A DNA stretch of 64,000 nt from Verrucomicrobia bacterium UBA3783 (GTDB lineage Bacteria; Verrucomicrobiota; Kiritimatiellia; RFP12; UBA1067), in NCBI GenBank assembly GCA_002369235.1, contig DFFF01000013.1, positions 5,150-69,149 on the forward strand. The letters are read 5' to 3'. The translations under genes were made by a program, and so were the position numbers. Below the pieces are notes generated by a model. That model made no database searches. It was not told the DNA's origin and saw only the letters and a program-made list of their open reading frames with translations. Below are positions 1 through 8,739 of the stretch, piece after piece (positions within the stretch are counted from its first letter, which is position 1; every line of letters starts with the position of its first letter).

Positions 1-981
1 ATTCTGCAAAAGGTCAACAAGAAGGTGTTCCCCCGCCCCACCGATATCATGGACAATATGCATGAGATCACGCGCCATTGCCATGAAAAGCTCGAGGCCG
101 ATGCTATCGCCGGTCGCGACGATCGCGTGTGGCAGATGCCGCGCATCATAAAAACGAAGGAGGGCGCCGACTTTACAATCGATGACAATGGCGATGTGTG
201 GCGCGTGATCACGCGCATAATGTCGGCCCACGCTTTCGATCTCGCCCAAGGTCCGGAACACGCTCTCGAATGCGGTGCGGCGCTTGGACATTTCCACTAC
301 CTCATTTCCGACATGGATCCCGCGCTCATAGCCGATCCGCTGCCCGGCTTTCACATTACGAGCGGCTATCTCAAGGCTTACGACAAGACGCTAAGAACGA
401 AGAACGCCAAGTCGCTCATTGGCGCCAGCATGGAAGCGAAGCGTCTCGTGAAGTATATCGAGGAGCGCCGCGATCTCGCGCTATGCCTGGAAAAGGCGGA
501 AAAGCGCGGCGAGCTCAAGAAGCGCATGTTCCACGGCGACCCCAAGGTCAACAATATCATGATCGATGACGTCACCGGCAAAGGCACGGCGATGATCGAT
601 CTCGATACCGTGAGTCCCGGACTTATCCACATGGACTTTGGCGATGCGCTCCGCTCCATCTGCAACCCGGTCGGCGAAGAGGAGACCAACCTTGCCAAGG
701 TGGTGTTCGACGAGGATCTGGCCATGGCCTTCTGCAAGGGATACATAAAAGAAGCCGGCGCCTTCCTTACCGATGCCGACCGCGAGTATCTGTTCGATTC
801 CATCCGGCTTCTGCCGTTCGAGCTGGGTCTCCGGTTTTTCCAGGATTATCTCGCCGGCAACGTCTACTTCAAGACCAGCCGCCCCGAGCAAAACCTCAAC
901 CGCGCCCGTGTGCAATTTCGTCTGTGCGAATCGATTGAAGCGCGCGAACGCTCAATCCGCAACGTGCTCAAAAAACTATGA
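1..981 (+). CDS. APH/choline-kinase-like phosphotransferase, 5' end probably outside window
   Basis: Frame is open to the window edge; GTG at 25 is the first start seen. Catalytic loop 'HGDPKVNNIMIDD' plus 'IDLDTV' metal-binding motif are typical of the aminoglycoside-phosphotransferase/ChoK fold. Stop overlaps the next start (ATGA at 978). Confidence 0.7.
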   Translation: MLQKVNKKVFPRPTDIMDNMHEITRHCHEKLEADAIAGRDDRVWQMPRIIKTKEGADFTIDDNGDVWRVITRIMSAHAFDLAQGPEHALECGAALGHFHYLISDMDPALIADPLPGFHITSGYLKAYDKTLRTKNAKSLIGASMEAKRLVKYIEERRDLALCLEKAEKRGELKKRMFHGDPKVNNIMIDDVTGKGTAMIDLDTVSPGLIHMDFGDALRSICNPVGEEETNLAKVVFDEDLAMAFCKGYIKEAGAFLTDADREYLFDSIRLLPFELGLRFFQDYLAGNVYFKTSRPEQNLNRARVQFRLCESIEARERSIRNVLKKL

Positions 982-2534
982 TCGCTGCAATCATTCTTGC
1001 CGCCGCCGTCAAGGTGGCATGCGTTGGCGATTCCATAACCTACGGCTATGGTCTGGCCGATCGCGAGAACGCCTGCTACCCAAACCAGCTCCAGCAATTG
1101 CTGGATGCCGAGAGCAAAGGCGGATACGAGGTGCGCAATTTCGGCAATTCGGGCAGGGGAATCTATCTCGATTCCATGCGCGGCAGCGAAAAGCGCGGCT
1201 TCAAGTGGATGCCGGAGCACAAGGCGGCGCTTGAATGGAAGCCGGATATTGTCGTCTGCAATCTTGGCATCAACGACAATGGCGAATACATCAAGGAGTA
1301 CACCGGAGCGCGCAAGCGCGGCAGCTGGGCGGCCGACTATATCGCGCTTCTGGAGGACTACAAAAAGGCAAATCCCAAGGTAAAATTCTACATCTGGACC
1401 AAGCTTGCGCCGCTCGCGCCGGGACAGCGGTTCTACCGCTCTCCCGAGCCGTTCTTGATGCAGCGCGATCTGGAGAGGGTGGCCAAAAAGATGGGGGCCG
1501 AGGGCATAGACATGCAGGAGCCGCTCAGGGCGGAGATGGATGCGATTTTGGCTTCGGACAAAATCCACCCCAACGCCCAAGGCGCCAGAATCATCGCCGA
1601 GACCACTGCCGCGGCATTGCTGGGCAAGGCTCCCAAAAAGCACTACGAGCCGCCAAAGGACGGCGAAGTGTGGCTTTGCGTGGGGCAAAGCAATATGCAG
1701 AAGGGCTGGAACGAATTCGGCGTTCACGGCGACGAGCGCGAGCGTTGCGCCAAGGAACTGGCTCAGCTTTCCAAGGTGACCGTCAACTTCTGGGATTTCA
1801 ACACCGGCAAGTGGACGCGCCTCACTCCGCAGAACGGCGGCGCGAAGTCGGCCTTTGGCGTCAGCTTCGCAATCCGCCGTGCGCAAGAGAAGAAGACGAC
1901 GGTCAACATGGTGTATGTCGCGGCCGGCGGCGCACCAACCGAAAGTTTCCTGAGCGAAACGACGATGTGCCAAGTGGACAAGGACGGCAATGCCGTGTAT
2001 CCGCATTTGATGGCCATCGCCACCAACCGCCACCGTCTCGACGCCAATGACGACTTCCCGTGCAAGTGGGTGGCTCGCGAGTATCCGCGCCGCTCGGGCA
2101 ATATGGAGGAAGGCCATTGGTGGCCAGTCTCGCTCATGTACGACGAGGGTATCAAGCTTACGCGCAATCTGTTTGCCAGCAAGGATTTCAGGCTCGACGG
2201 CATCTTGTGGTACCAAGGCGAATCAAACGCCACTTTATGCGTCGGCAATCCCGATCAGCCGCTCGACAGCGCCTATATGGAAGAGACGTTATGCGCGGTG
2301 GTTGAAGAACTTCGCGGCAAACGCGAAATCCCGTTTGTCATGATGGGATTGCCAAAGATGAATCGCCCGTGGGAGCCTTACCGTGCGGCGCAGGCCAAGG
2401 TGGCCAAGGAGAAGGGGTGCATCTTTGTCGATACGTTCGCGGCGGGCCTTGGCGAAATGAACGATGTCCACCCGCGCAACAAGATTCCCTTTGCGGAACT
2501 CGCAATCAAGGAACTTAAGAAAGCGGGCAAATGA
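978..2534 (+). CDS. two-domain carbohydrate esterase: SGNH/GDSL hydrolase + sialate-O-acetylesterase-like (SASA/DUF303) domain
   Basis: N-terminal 'VGDSITYG' (block I) and 'GINDN' (block III). C-terminal half carries the 'VGQSNMQKGW' motif of the SASA family. Translationally coupled to the upstream kinase. Confidence 0.7.
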   Translation: MIAAIILAAAVKVACVGDSITYGYGLADRENACYPNQLQQLLDAESKGGYEVRNFGNSGRGIYLDSMRGSEKRGFKWMPEHKAALEWKPDIVVCNLGINDNGEYIKEYTGARKRGSWAADYIALLEDYKKANPKVKFYIWTKLAPLAPGQRFYRSPEPFLMQRDLERVAKKMGAEGIDMQEPLRAEMDAILASDKIHPNAQGARIIAETTAAALLGKAPKKHYEPPKDGEVWLCVGQSNMQKGWNEFGVHGDERERCAKELAQLSKVTVNFWDFNTGKWTRLTPQNGGAKSAFGVSFAIRRAQEKKTTVNMVYVAAGGAPTESFLSETTMCQVDKDGNAVYPHLMAIATNRHRLDANDDFPCKWVAREYPRRSGNMEEGHWWPVSLMYDEGIKLTRNLFASKDFRLDGILWYQGESNATLCVGNPDQPLDSAYMEETLCAVVEELRGKREIPFVMMGLPKMNRPWEPYRAAQAKVAKEKGCIFVDTFAAGLGEMNDVHPRNKIPFAELAIKELKKAGK

Positions 2535-3244
2535 ATCGCTTGCTGGTGGCGAGTGCCGACTTGGCTGTCGAACAGCCGGAGCTTTCGCGCGAGAATCGGC
2601 AGCATCTCAAGGTTCTGCGTCCGGAGCCGGGCGAAATTTTCGAACTCTTTGACGGCGCGGGGCGCTTTAGAGCCTACCGCTGCGATGGCGACAGACTCCA
2701 GGCGGCGGGCGCGGTCGCAATCGCTCCCCGTCCGCCGGAGCTTGCGCTTTTCGCCTGCATCGCCAAGGGGTCGCGATGGGATTGGACGCTTGAAAAGGCT
2801 ACCGAACTTGGCGTCACCCAAATCGTGCCGCTCGTGTCCGAACGCACCATCGTGCGGCTCGATCCGTCCGATCTGGAACCCAAGCGCGAGCGTTGGCAGC
2901 GGATTGTCGACGATGCCGCGCGCCAATGCGGTACGCGCTGGGTGCCGCGCGTCGAAACGCCTGCGAAGCTGATGTCGGCGCTGCCGCAACTGCGCGAGCG
3001 GTTTACGGTGCTGGGCGCACTCACCGATCCTCCATCGCCGCCGATCCTCAAGGTCATGGCCGGTTGGCGAGGCGAAGCGTTGGCGCTGGCGATAGGACCG
3101 GAGGGCGACTTTTCGCCGACGGAACTCGAAGCGCTGATGACGGTATCGCACCCGGCCTCGTTCGGCAACACCATCCTCCGCACCGAGACGGCCGCGATTT
3201 TCGGTCTTGGGGTGTTGGGAGCCTGTCAGCATGCGCGAATATAG
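2531..3244 (+). CDS. rsmE: 16S rRNA (uracil1498-N3)-methyltransferase RsmE
   Basis: Collinear with E. coli RsmE. PUA-like N-terminus and C-terminal 'LAIGPEGDFSPTELEAL...GNTILRTETAAI' SPOUT motif. ATGA overlap with the upstream gene. Confidence 0.8.
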   Translation: MNRLLVASADLAVEQPELSRENRQHLKVLRPEPGEIFELFDGAGRFRAYRCDGDRLQAAGAVAIAPRPPELALFACIAKGSRWDWTLEKATELGVTQIVPLVSERTIVRLDPSDLEPKRERWQRIVDDAARQCGTRWVPRVETPAKLMSALPQLRERFTVLGALTDPPSPPILKVMAGWRGEALALAIGPEGDFSPTELEALMTVSHPASFGNTILRTETAAIFGLGVLGACQHARI

Positions 3245-3830
3245 CCTTGTTGAAATTTTCCGCTCGTTCCAGGGCGAAGGGCGCAATACGGGTAGGCAAG
3301 TGGTGTTTGTGCGCTTTGCCGGCTGCAATCTTGCCTGCCCTTGGTGCGATACCGACAAGTCGCCGCGCTTCCGTCTTGAACTAGCCGAATTGCTGGCTGA
3401 AGTCAAGGCATTTGGCGTCAAATCCGTCATTTTGACCGGCGGCGAGCCCACAATGGTCGAGCACATGGAAGAATTGATCGCCGCGCTCAAGACCGATGGC
3501 TTTTGGATTGGCGTAGAGACCAACGGCACGAACGCACCGGAGTGGCTGCAGTTTGTCGATTATGTGGCCGTATCGCCCAAGCTTGAATATGCCGGGCGCA
3601 CGGTGCTTGCGGCGGCGGACGAAGTGCGAATTGTCGCTTCTGGCGGCGATGCGGCGGCGATTGCGGCATTTTGCCGCGAGATGCGGCGGAAGATCGCCGC
3701 GACCGATTACTATGTAAGCCCCTGCGACAACGATGGCGAGATCGACTTCGCGACCGCAAAGGACGTATTGTCGCGGCTTGACGACTGGAGCCTCAGCGTC
3801 CAGCTCCACAAAATTCTGGGTTTCCGCTGA
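3231..3830 (+). CDS. queE: 7-carboxy-7-deazaguanine synthase QueE (radical SAM)
   Basis: 'VVFVRFAGCNLACPWCDTD' QueE-type cluster motif. ATG at 3231 ('MREYSLVEIF') chosen; the ORF-track start at 3207 overlaps rsmE more deeply. Confidence 0.8.
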   Translation: MREYSLVEIFRSFQGEGRNTGRQVVFVRFAGCNLACPWCDTDKSPRFRLELAELLAEVKAFGVKSVILTGGEPTMVEHMEELIAALKTDGFWIGVETNGTNAPEWLQFVDYVAVSPKLEYAGRTVLAAADEVRIVASGGDAAAIAAFCREMRRKIAATDYYVSPCDNDGEIDFATAKDVLSRLDDWSLSVQLHKILGFR

Positions 3831-4516
3831 TGGGTGGCGAGCCTGAAATAATTTTCGAGGATGGCGACCTTTTGGTCGTGGACAAGCCGTGCGGCATGAT
3901 CGTCCATCCTGCGCCTGGTCACGAGCAAGGCTCGCTTACCGGATGGGCAGTGCGCCATTGCCCGGAAATCGCCAAGGTCGGGAGCGTCTCGCGTCCGGGC
4001 GTGGTGCACCGGCTGGATATCGAGACCAGCGGCGTCATGGTGCTCGCCAAGACCGGCCTTGCATACACGAAGCTCCGCGAAGCTTTCGAGGCGCATTCCG
4101 GCATCGTCAAAAAGTATCTTGCCGTAGTCCATGGTGCGATCAAGCCGGCGAAGGGGAAACTCGAGACGCAAATCGGCCGCAAACCCTGGGATCCAAGGCG
4201 CATGGCGGTCGTCGAGTCGGGCGGCGAAATCGCGCGGACGGCGTGGGAGACGGTCGGCCGTTCGGGCGGCGTTTCGCTTGTGGAGTTTGTCATCGCTACT
4301 GGCCGCACGCACCAGATTCGCGTTCACGCCGCGCACCTTGGCCATCCCATTGCCGGGGACTCTCTTTACGGCGACCGGAAGAAAGACGCGAATTTGCGTC
4401 CGCGTCCCACGCGGCTTATGCTCCATGCCGTGCAACTCGAGTTTTCGCATCCTCGCAGCGGAGAAAGTCTGGTTTTCGCCGCGCCGCCGCCTCGCGAACT
4501 GATTTACGTAAGATAA
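3830..4516 (+). CDS. RluA-family pseudouridine synthase
   Basis: 'VVHRLDIETSGVMVLAK' catalytic-Asp motif and 'GRTHQIRVH' motif. No S4 domain. Start overlaps queE stop (TGATG). Confidence 0.8.
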   Translation: MGGEPEIIFEDGDLLVVDKPCGMIVHPAPGHEQGSLTGWAVRHCPEIAKVGSVSRPGVVHRLDIETSGVMVLAKTGLAYTKLREAFEAHSGIVKKYLAVVHGAIKPAKGKLETQIGRKPWDPRRMAVVESGGEIARTAWETVGRSGGVSLVEFVIATGRTHQIRVHAAHLGHPIAGDSLYGDRKKDANLRPRPTRLMLHAVQLEFSHPRSGESLVFAAPPPRELIYVR

Positions 4517-4519
4517 GCA

Positions 4520-5128
4520 ATGGCCGAAGTCCCCGTCACCAAGGTTTCACTGTTGGGCGCGATTGCCGCCAGCCCCGAGAATGTGCGCTGGACGGAATTC
4601 GCTCGCCGCTACACCCCGATGATGGAGGCGTTCCTTGCCGGGCATTTCCCCTTTCTCGAAAAGGAAGACATTATCCAGGATACGCTTCTCGCGCTCGTCA
4701 AGATACTTCCTTCTTACCGCTATGCGCCGGAAGAAACCGGCCACTTCCACAACTACCTTACCGGAATTCTCTACCGCAAGGCCCAGAAGGCCTGCACCAA
4801 ATCCGCCCGGCGCAAGGAAGTAATGACAGCCTACAAGGAAGAGCCCAAGGTTTCTTCCAATGTCATTGCCGCCGAAAACGCCGAGTTCGAGTGGCGGAAG
4901 TCGATTTTTGAAATTGCGCTCAAGGAACTGCTTGCCGATCCGTCGGTGAAGGAGCGCACTAAGCAAATCTTCCTGCGCGTGGCGGTGAAGGGCGAAAAGC
5001 CCGAAGATGTCGCGGCGGCCTTCGGAATTGAGCGCAATGCCGTAGATCAGGCGAGGAACCGCACGATGCAGAAACTTAAATCCATCGTCGCCGCGCTTAT
5101 CGCCGTGCGCGAAGAAGGGCAGATATGA
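4520..5128 (+). CDS. ECF-type sigma-70 family RNA polymerase sigma factor
   Basis: Region 2 ('DIIQDTLLALVKILPSY') and region 4 helix-turn-helix ('PEDVAAAFGIERNAVDQARNRTMQKLK'). About 200 aa. Confidence 0.7.
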   Translation: MAEVPVTKVSLLGAIAASPENVRWTEFARRYTPMMEAFLAGHFPFLEKEDIIQDTLLALVKILPSYRYAPEETGHFHNYLTGILYRKAQKACTKSARRKEVMTAYKEEPKVSSNVIAAENAEFEWRKSIFEIALKELLADPSVKERTKQIFLRVAVKGEKPEDVAAAFGIERNAVDQARNRTMQKLKSIVAALIAVREEGQI

Positions 5129-6021
5129 GCCTTGCGCTCGAAAACGAACTTGCGGACTTTCTGCGCGGACACGAAATGCCGCATTCGTCGTTCCTTGCCA
5201 AAGAGGGCGATTTCGTGGGCGAGTGGCGCATTACCGCATTTCTCGGACGCGGTGCCATGGGCGAGGTTTTTCGCGCCGTGCGCGACCGGGATGGACAAAT
5301 CGCCGCCCTCAAGATTCTCGCCCGCGACGATGCCATCGCCAAGGCCCGCTTCAACCGCGAGGCCATAATCCTCAAGACGCATCCGCACCGCGCATTCCCG
5401 CGTTTCTTCGATTATTCATCTGGCGGCGAACATCCTTTTCTGGCGATCGAACTCTTGGAGCCTTTCCCGCTGCCTGATTCAGACCGCGATGTCGCTTCGT
5501 TCATGCTCGATTTGTGCGAAGGCGTGGGACTCTTGCATTCACTGGGAATCGTCCATCGCGACATCAAGCCCGAAAATATCATGCGCCGTCCCGACGACCC
5601 TAGACCGGTGCTTATCGATCTGGGGCTGGTCAAGGTGGACGAATCGCTCACCAGGTCCAATCTCTCCATGGTGGACGGACGCCTTGTGGGCTTGGGCACT
5701 CCCGGCTACTCCGCGCCTGAACAATTTTCGGGCGGCAAGATTTCCCCTGCGGCGGACATCCATGCGCTCGGCTCGCTCATCGACCAGTGCTTTTGCGGCA
5801 AGCCTCCGCGCCAGTGGGATCGGATTGTGCGCGGCGCCACTTCGTCGCTCCCGGCGCACCGCTACGCGACGGTGGCAATCTTCGCGCTCGCCATTCGCCG
5901 CCGCTTTTTCCTGCGCAATCTGTCCATCGCGCTTATCTCCATTATCGTCATCCTTGCCGCCGCCTGTCTTCTCCTTGCGCTTCAAGTGATTCCTCGCCTC
6001 GAAGGTCCCCTTGCTTTCTGA
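5125..6021 (+). CDS. Hanks-type Ser/Thr protein kinase with single C-terminal TM helix
   Basis: Gly loop 'LGRGAMGEV', 'ALKIL' lysine, catalytic loop 'HRDIKPENI', 'DLG' (DFG equivalent), 'SAPE'. C-terminal hydrophobic helix 'LSIALISIIVILAAACLLLAL'. ATGA overlap with the sigma gene. Confidence 0.8.
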   Translation: MSLALENELADFLRGHEMPHSSFLAKEGDFVGEWRITAFLGRGAMGEVFRAVRDRDGQIAALKILARDDAIAKARFNREAIILKTHPHRAFPRFFDYSSGGEHPFLAIELLEPFPLPDSDRDVASFMLDLCEGVGLLHSLGIVHRDIKPENIMRRPDDPRPVLIDLGLVKVDESLTRSNLSMVDGRLVGLGTPGYSAPEQFSGGKISPAADIHALGSLIDQCFCGKPPRQWDRIVRGATSSLPAHRYATVAIFALAIRRRFFLRNLSIALISIIVILAAACLLLALQVIPRLEGPLAF

Positions 6022-6030
6022 CGCGATTTT

Positions 6031-6039
6031 TGGTATAAT
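6031..6039 (+). promoter_or_regulatory. extended -10 element TGGTATAAT (window-wide consensus TTTTGnTATAAT)
   Basis: 'ttttTGGTATAATgtgcc' lies 9 nt upstream of the ATG at 6048, implying a leaderless or near-leaderless transcript. Confidence 0.45.
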
Positions 6040-6047
6040 GTGCCTGT

Positions 6048-6335
6048 ATGTTGGAGGATTTTGGCGAAAAAATATTCAAATATGCCATGTGGACTGCCGG
6101 ATTGGCAGTCTTCACATGCGGCATTATTTGCGCTTATACGCCGTATGTCCAATCTCAGGAACTTAAGCTTGAGAGCGACAGGATATCGGAGAAAATCGAA
6201 CTCAAGCGCAAGGAAATCGCCAAACTCAACGATTATCAGCGGCGTTTCAGGATAGACCCCGATTTCGTCGAAAAGATCGCGCGCGAGAACAACCGCGTCT
6301 ACCCCGGCGAACTTGTCTTTGTTTTCGAGGAGTAG
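6048..6335 (+). CDS. FtsB/DivIC-like septum-formation initiator (small bitopic coiled-coil protein)
   Basis: N-terminal TM helix followed by a coiled-coil-like 'ELKLESDRISEKIELKRKEIAKLNDYQRRF' and a 'DPDFVEKIARENNRVYPGELVFVF' tail typical of the FtsB family. Confidence 0.5.
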   Translation: MLEDFGEKIFKYAMWTAGLAVFTCGIICAYTPYVQSQELKLESDRISEKIELKRKEIAKLNDYQRRFRIDPDFVEKIARENNRVYPGELVFVFEE

Positions 6336-6339
6336 GAGC

Positions 6340-7059
6340 ATGGCCAATTTTGCGCGGCTTCTTCTGGGAATCGCCATGTTGCCGGCCTGCTGGGGGTTTT
6401 CCCGCTCGCTTGTCGATGCCGTGTTGTTCGCCAGCGGCACGGAATCTGCGTTTTCTGTCGAGGCCATGAGCCTTCTGGGTGGCATTGCCGCGTTCGCGCT
6501 TTGCTGGTCTACCATCTCCCACCCGATCCGCACTTACGTCTTCGGCCATGAACTGACCCATGCGCTGTGGGGGCTCGTGTTCGGCGCCATGCCCTCGAAT
6601 ATCAAGGTCGGGGCGGCAGGCGGCAGCGTCCAGCTCACCAAGACGAATTTTCTCATCACCCTCGCTCCGTATTTCTTCCCGTTCTATACGTTTGTGGTGA
6701 TAATCGCAGCGCTCGTCACCTACGCATTCTTGCGCCCCTTGCCGTTTTTGCCGCTGTGGATGTTTTTGATCGGCTTTACATGGGCGTTCCATGTGCTTTT
6801 TACTTTGCAGACGCTTACCCGGCGCCAGCCGGACGTCAAGCTTTACGGGCGCGTCTTCAGCTGGACTTTCATATTTATCGCCAACATCGCGCTCATGCTC
6901 GTTTTCCTCGCGTCGGTGACGCCGCTTGAGTTTGCGCAGCTTTGGAGGATTGCAGCGCTCCGCGTCGGCGGGGTTTACTGGAGTGTCGCAATTTTCATCT
7001 GGAAGGGAATATGTATCCTAACGTCCTGGGGTTGCCGTTTCTTCACACGTACGGCTTGA
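6340..7059 (+). CDS. polytopic membrane protein with HExxH motif (putative membrane zincin, DUF3267-like)
   Basis: About 6 hydrophobic helices. 'YVFGHELTHALWG' is an HExxH motif. AGGAG Shine-Dalgarno 6 nt upstream of ATG at 6340; the ORF-track start at 6313 lacks an RBS and overlaps the upstream gene. Confidence 0.5.
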   Translation: MANFARLLLGIAMLPACWGFSRSLVDAVLFASGTESAFSVEAMSLLGGIAAFALCWSTISHPIRTYVFGHELTHALWGLVFGAMPSNIKVGAAGGSVQLTKTNFLITLAPYFFPFYTFVVIIAALVTYAFLRPLPFLPLWMFLIGFTWAFHVLFTLQTLTRRQPDVKLYGRVFSWTFIFIANIALMLVFLASVTPLEFAQLWRIAALRVGGVYWSVAIFIWKGICILTSWGCRFFTRTA

Positions 7060-7757
7060 TGATTGCAATCGGGTTCTTCCTCGCGTGCGCGGTCTTGGAG
7101 CGCGCATTCGGGCGGAAGGATCTCGGCAATCTTGCGGTGGCGCTCGTCCTCGCCGGCATCGTCGGTGCGCGCGCGAGTTATGTGATCGAGCATTGGCAAA
7201 GCGAGTTTGCCGCCGATCCGATATCGGTCCTTTACGTATTTCGCGGCGGGCTGATGTTCTACGGCGGACTTATCCTTGCCACCATCGTGTTTTTCGGCTG
7301 GTGCTTTTGGCGGCGGCAGAATCCGCTCGCAGTCGGCAATCTCGGCACGGTGGTCGTCCCGCTTGCGCATGCCTTCGGGCGCATTGGCTGTTTTTGCTAT
7401 GGCTGCTGCTACGGCAAGGTGTCCGATTCTCCGTTCGCGGTCGTTTTTCCGGTCGGGTCTCCGCAATATTTCATGGATGGCGGCAAGCAGCTCCCGGTCC
7501 TCCCGACCCAGCTTTTCGAGGCGGCGGCGCTTTTCGCGCTTTTCGCATTGCTTTTCTTCGTCTACCGGCGTTATCGTCGCTACACGGCCGGCCTGTATTT
7601 CATGCTTTATGCGGCAATCCGGTTTTCGCTTGAATATCTGCGCGGAGATCCCCGTGCCGCAATCGGGCCGTTTTCAATCTCCCAGGCGATTTCCATCGCC
7701 ATGTTTTTGTTTGGCGCGGGGCTTTTATTCCATGAGCGTGCATCTTATCGTCGGTGA
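7011..7757 (+). CDS. lgt: prolipoprotein diacylglyceryl transferase Lgt (divergent signature)
   Basis: Collinear with E. coli Lgt ('MYPNVLGLPFLHTYGLMIAIGF...', 'GGLMFYGGLI'). The signature block reads 'GRIGCFCYGCCYG' instead of GRxGNFxNGE. Start set at internal ATG 7011. Confidence 0.7.
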   Translation: MYPNVLGLPFLHTYGLMIAIGFFLACAVLERAFGRKDLGNLAVALVLAGIVGARASYVIEHWQSEFAADPISVLYVFRGGLMFYGGLILATIVFFGWCFWRRQNPLAVGNLGTVVVPLAHAFGRIGCFCYGCCYGKVSDSPFAVVFPVGSPQYFMDGGKQLPVLPTQLFEAAALFALFALLFFVYRRYRRYTAGLYFMLYAAIRFSLEYLRGDPRAAIGPFSISQAISIAMFLFGAGLLFHERASYRR

Positions 7758-8739
7758 AGACGACTATCTCGTGGAACGCGCCGCCCGCGCCGCAATCGGC
7801 GATCTCCCGGTCGACGAAATCGATTCCGCGACTTCCGTCAACGCCGCCTTGCAGTTGTCAGACATCTCCAGAGTCCGCTCCGAGGCCTTTGCGGAATCGC
7901 TTTTCGATCCTGTCCGCGCCGTGTGGTGGCGCAACATCGGGTTTCTGCCGGGCGGCGACAGGGGCGGCAAAGGCGAAGACGGCGGCAAAACCTCCGAGGA
8001 CGTGAAGCTCGCGCTCGAAAATCTCGCCAAGGCCATCGCCGCGAATCCCCCTGGCGAATCGGTGAAACTCGTCATCTCCGCGCCAAGGCTGCTGAAGACG
8101 TCGATTTTCGCGAAGACGCTGCAGGGCGTCGCGGACGTCAAATTCTTCGAGACGGCGAAAAGCTGGGAGGCTGCGAAGAACGCCGCCGTGTTCGCGTCGG
8201 ATTGCGCCGCCGAAATGGGGCTCAGGTTCGATTATGGCGCGGTGGATTTGTTCTGCGCGAAGGTGGGCGTATCGTCGCGCTCGATAATGTCGGAAGTTTG
8301 CAAATTGCGCGACTACCTGGGCCCTGGGCGCACGACGATAACAAAAGACGATATCGCCGCCATCACGAGCGCGGGGCCGGGGACCGAGCCGGAGATGTGG
8401 GCCGTGGCCGACGCCGTGATGCGCCGCAATGCCGACGAAGCGCTTGCCGCCGCCATGAATTTCAAGGATGACAGCGGCTTTCCGGTTCCGGTTTTGACGA
8501 CTGTCGAGCGCACGCTCCGTCAGATGCTGGATTTCGATTTGATCAAGGATTCGCTTTCGCCTTGGCAGGCGCGGAAAATGGAAGAGGCGCTGAAAAAATG
8601 GCGGCGCAGCGAATTGCGCTCGGCGCGATTCCGCTTCCTCAACTTGCGCGAACGCGCGGTGAGCGGCAGCGCCGACGCTGGTGAAATGCTCTTTGTGGAA
8701 ATCGTCGGCGCGTGCAAAGGGAAGGGGCTTGGCAGATGA
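7732..8739 (+). CDS. holA: DNA polymerase III delta subunit HolA
   Basis: 'MSVHLIVGEDDYLVERAARAA' is a typical HolA N-terminus. The upstream 456 nt of ORF 7276..8739 is an out-of-frame read-through of lgt. Overlaps lgt by 26 nt. Confidence 0.75.
   Translation: MSVHLIVGEDDYLVERAARAAIGDLPVDEIDSATSVNAALQLSDISRVRSEAFAESLFDPVRAVWWRNIGFLPGGDRGGKGEDGGKTSEDVKLALENLAKAIAANPPGESVKLVISAPRLLKTSIFAKTLQGVADVKFFETAKSWEAAKNAAVFASDCAAEMGLRFDYGAVDLFCAKVGVSSRSIMSEVCKLRDYLGPGRTTITKDDIAAITSAGPGTEPEMWAVADAVMRRNADEALAAAMNFKDDSGFPVPVLTTVERTLRQMLDFDLIKDSLSPWQARKMEEALKKWRRSELRSARFRFLNLRERAVSGSADAGEMLFVEIVGACKGKGLGR

Noticed and set aside
3889-4911. 340-aa ORF spanning the RluA-family and sigma genes in another frame
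   Set aside because: Arg/Pro/Gly-rich low-complexity translation overlapping two well-supported genes. It is a GC-skew artefact.
7276-7731. Long N-terminal extension of the holA ORF (ORF 7276..8739)
   Set aside because: This part runs in an alternative frame across the lgt coding sequence and is Arg/Ser/Pro-rich and low-complexity. The recognisable HolA N-terminus begins at ATG 7732.
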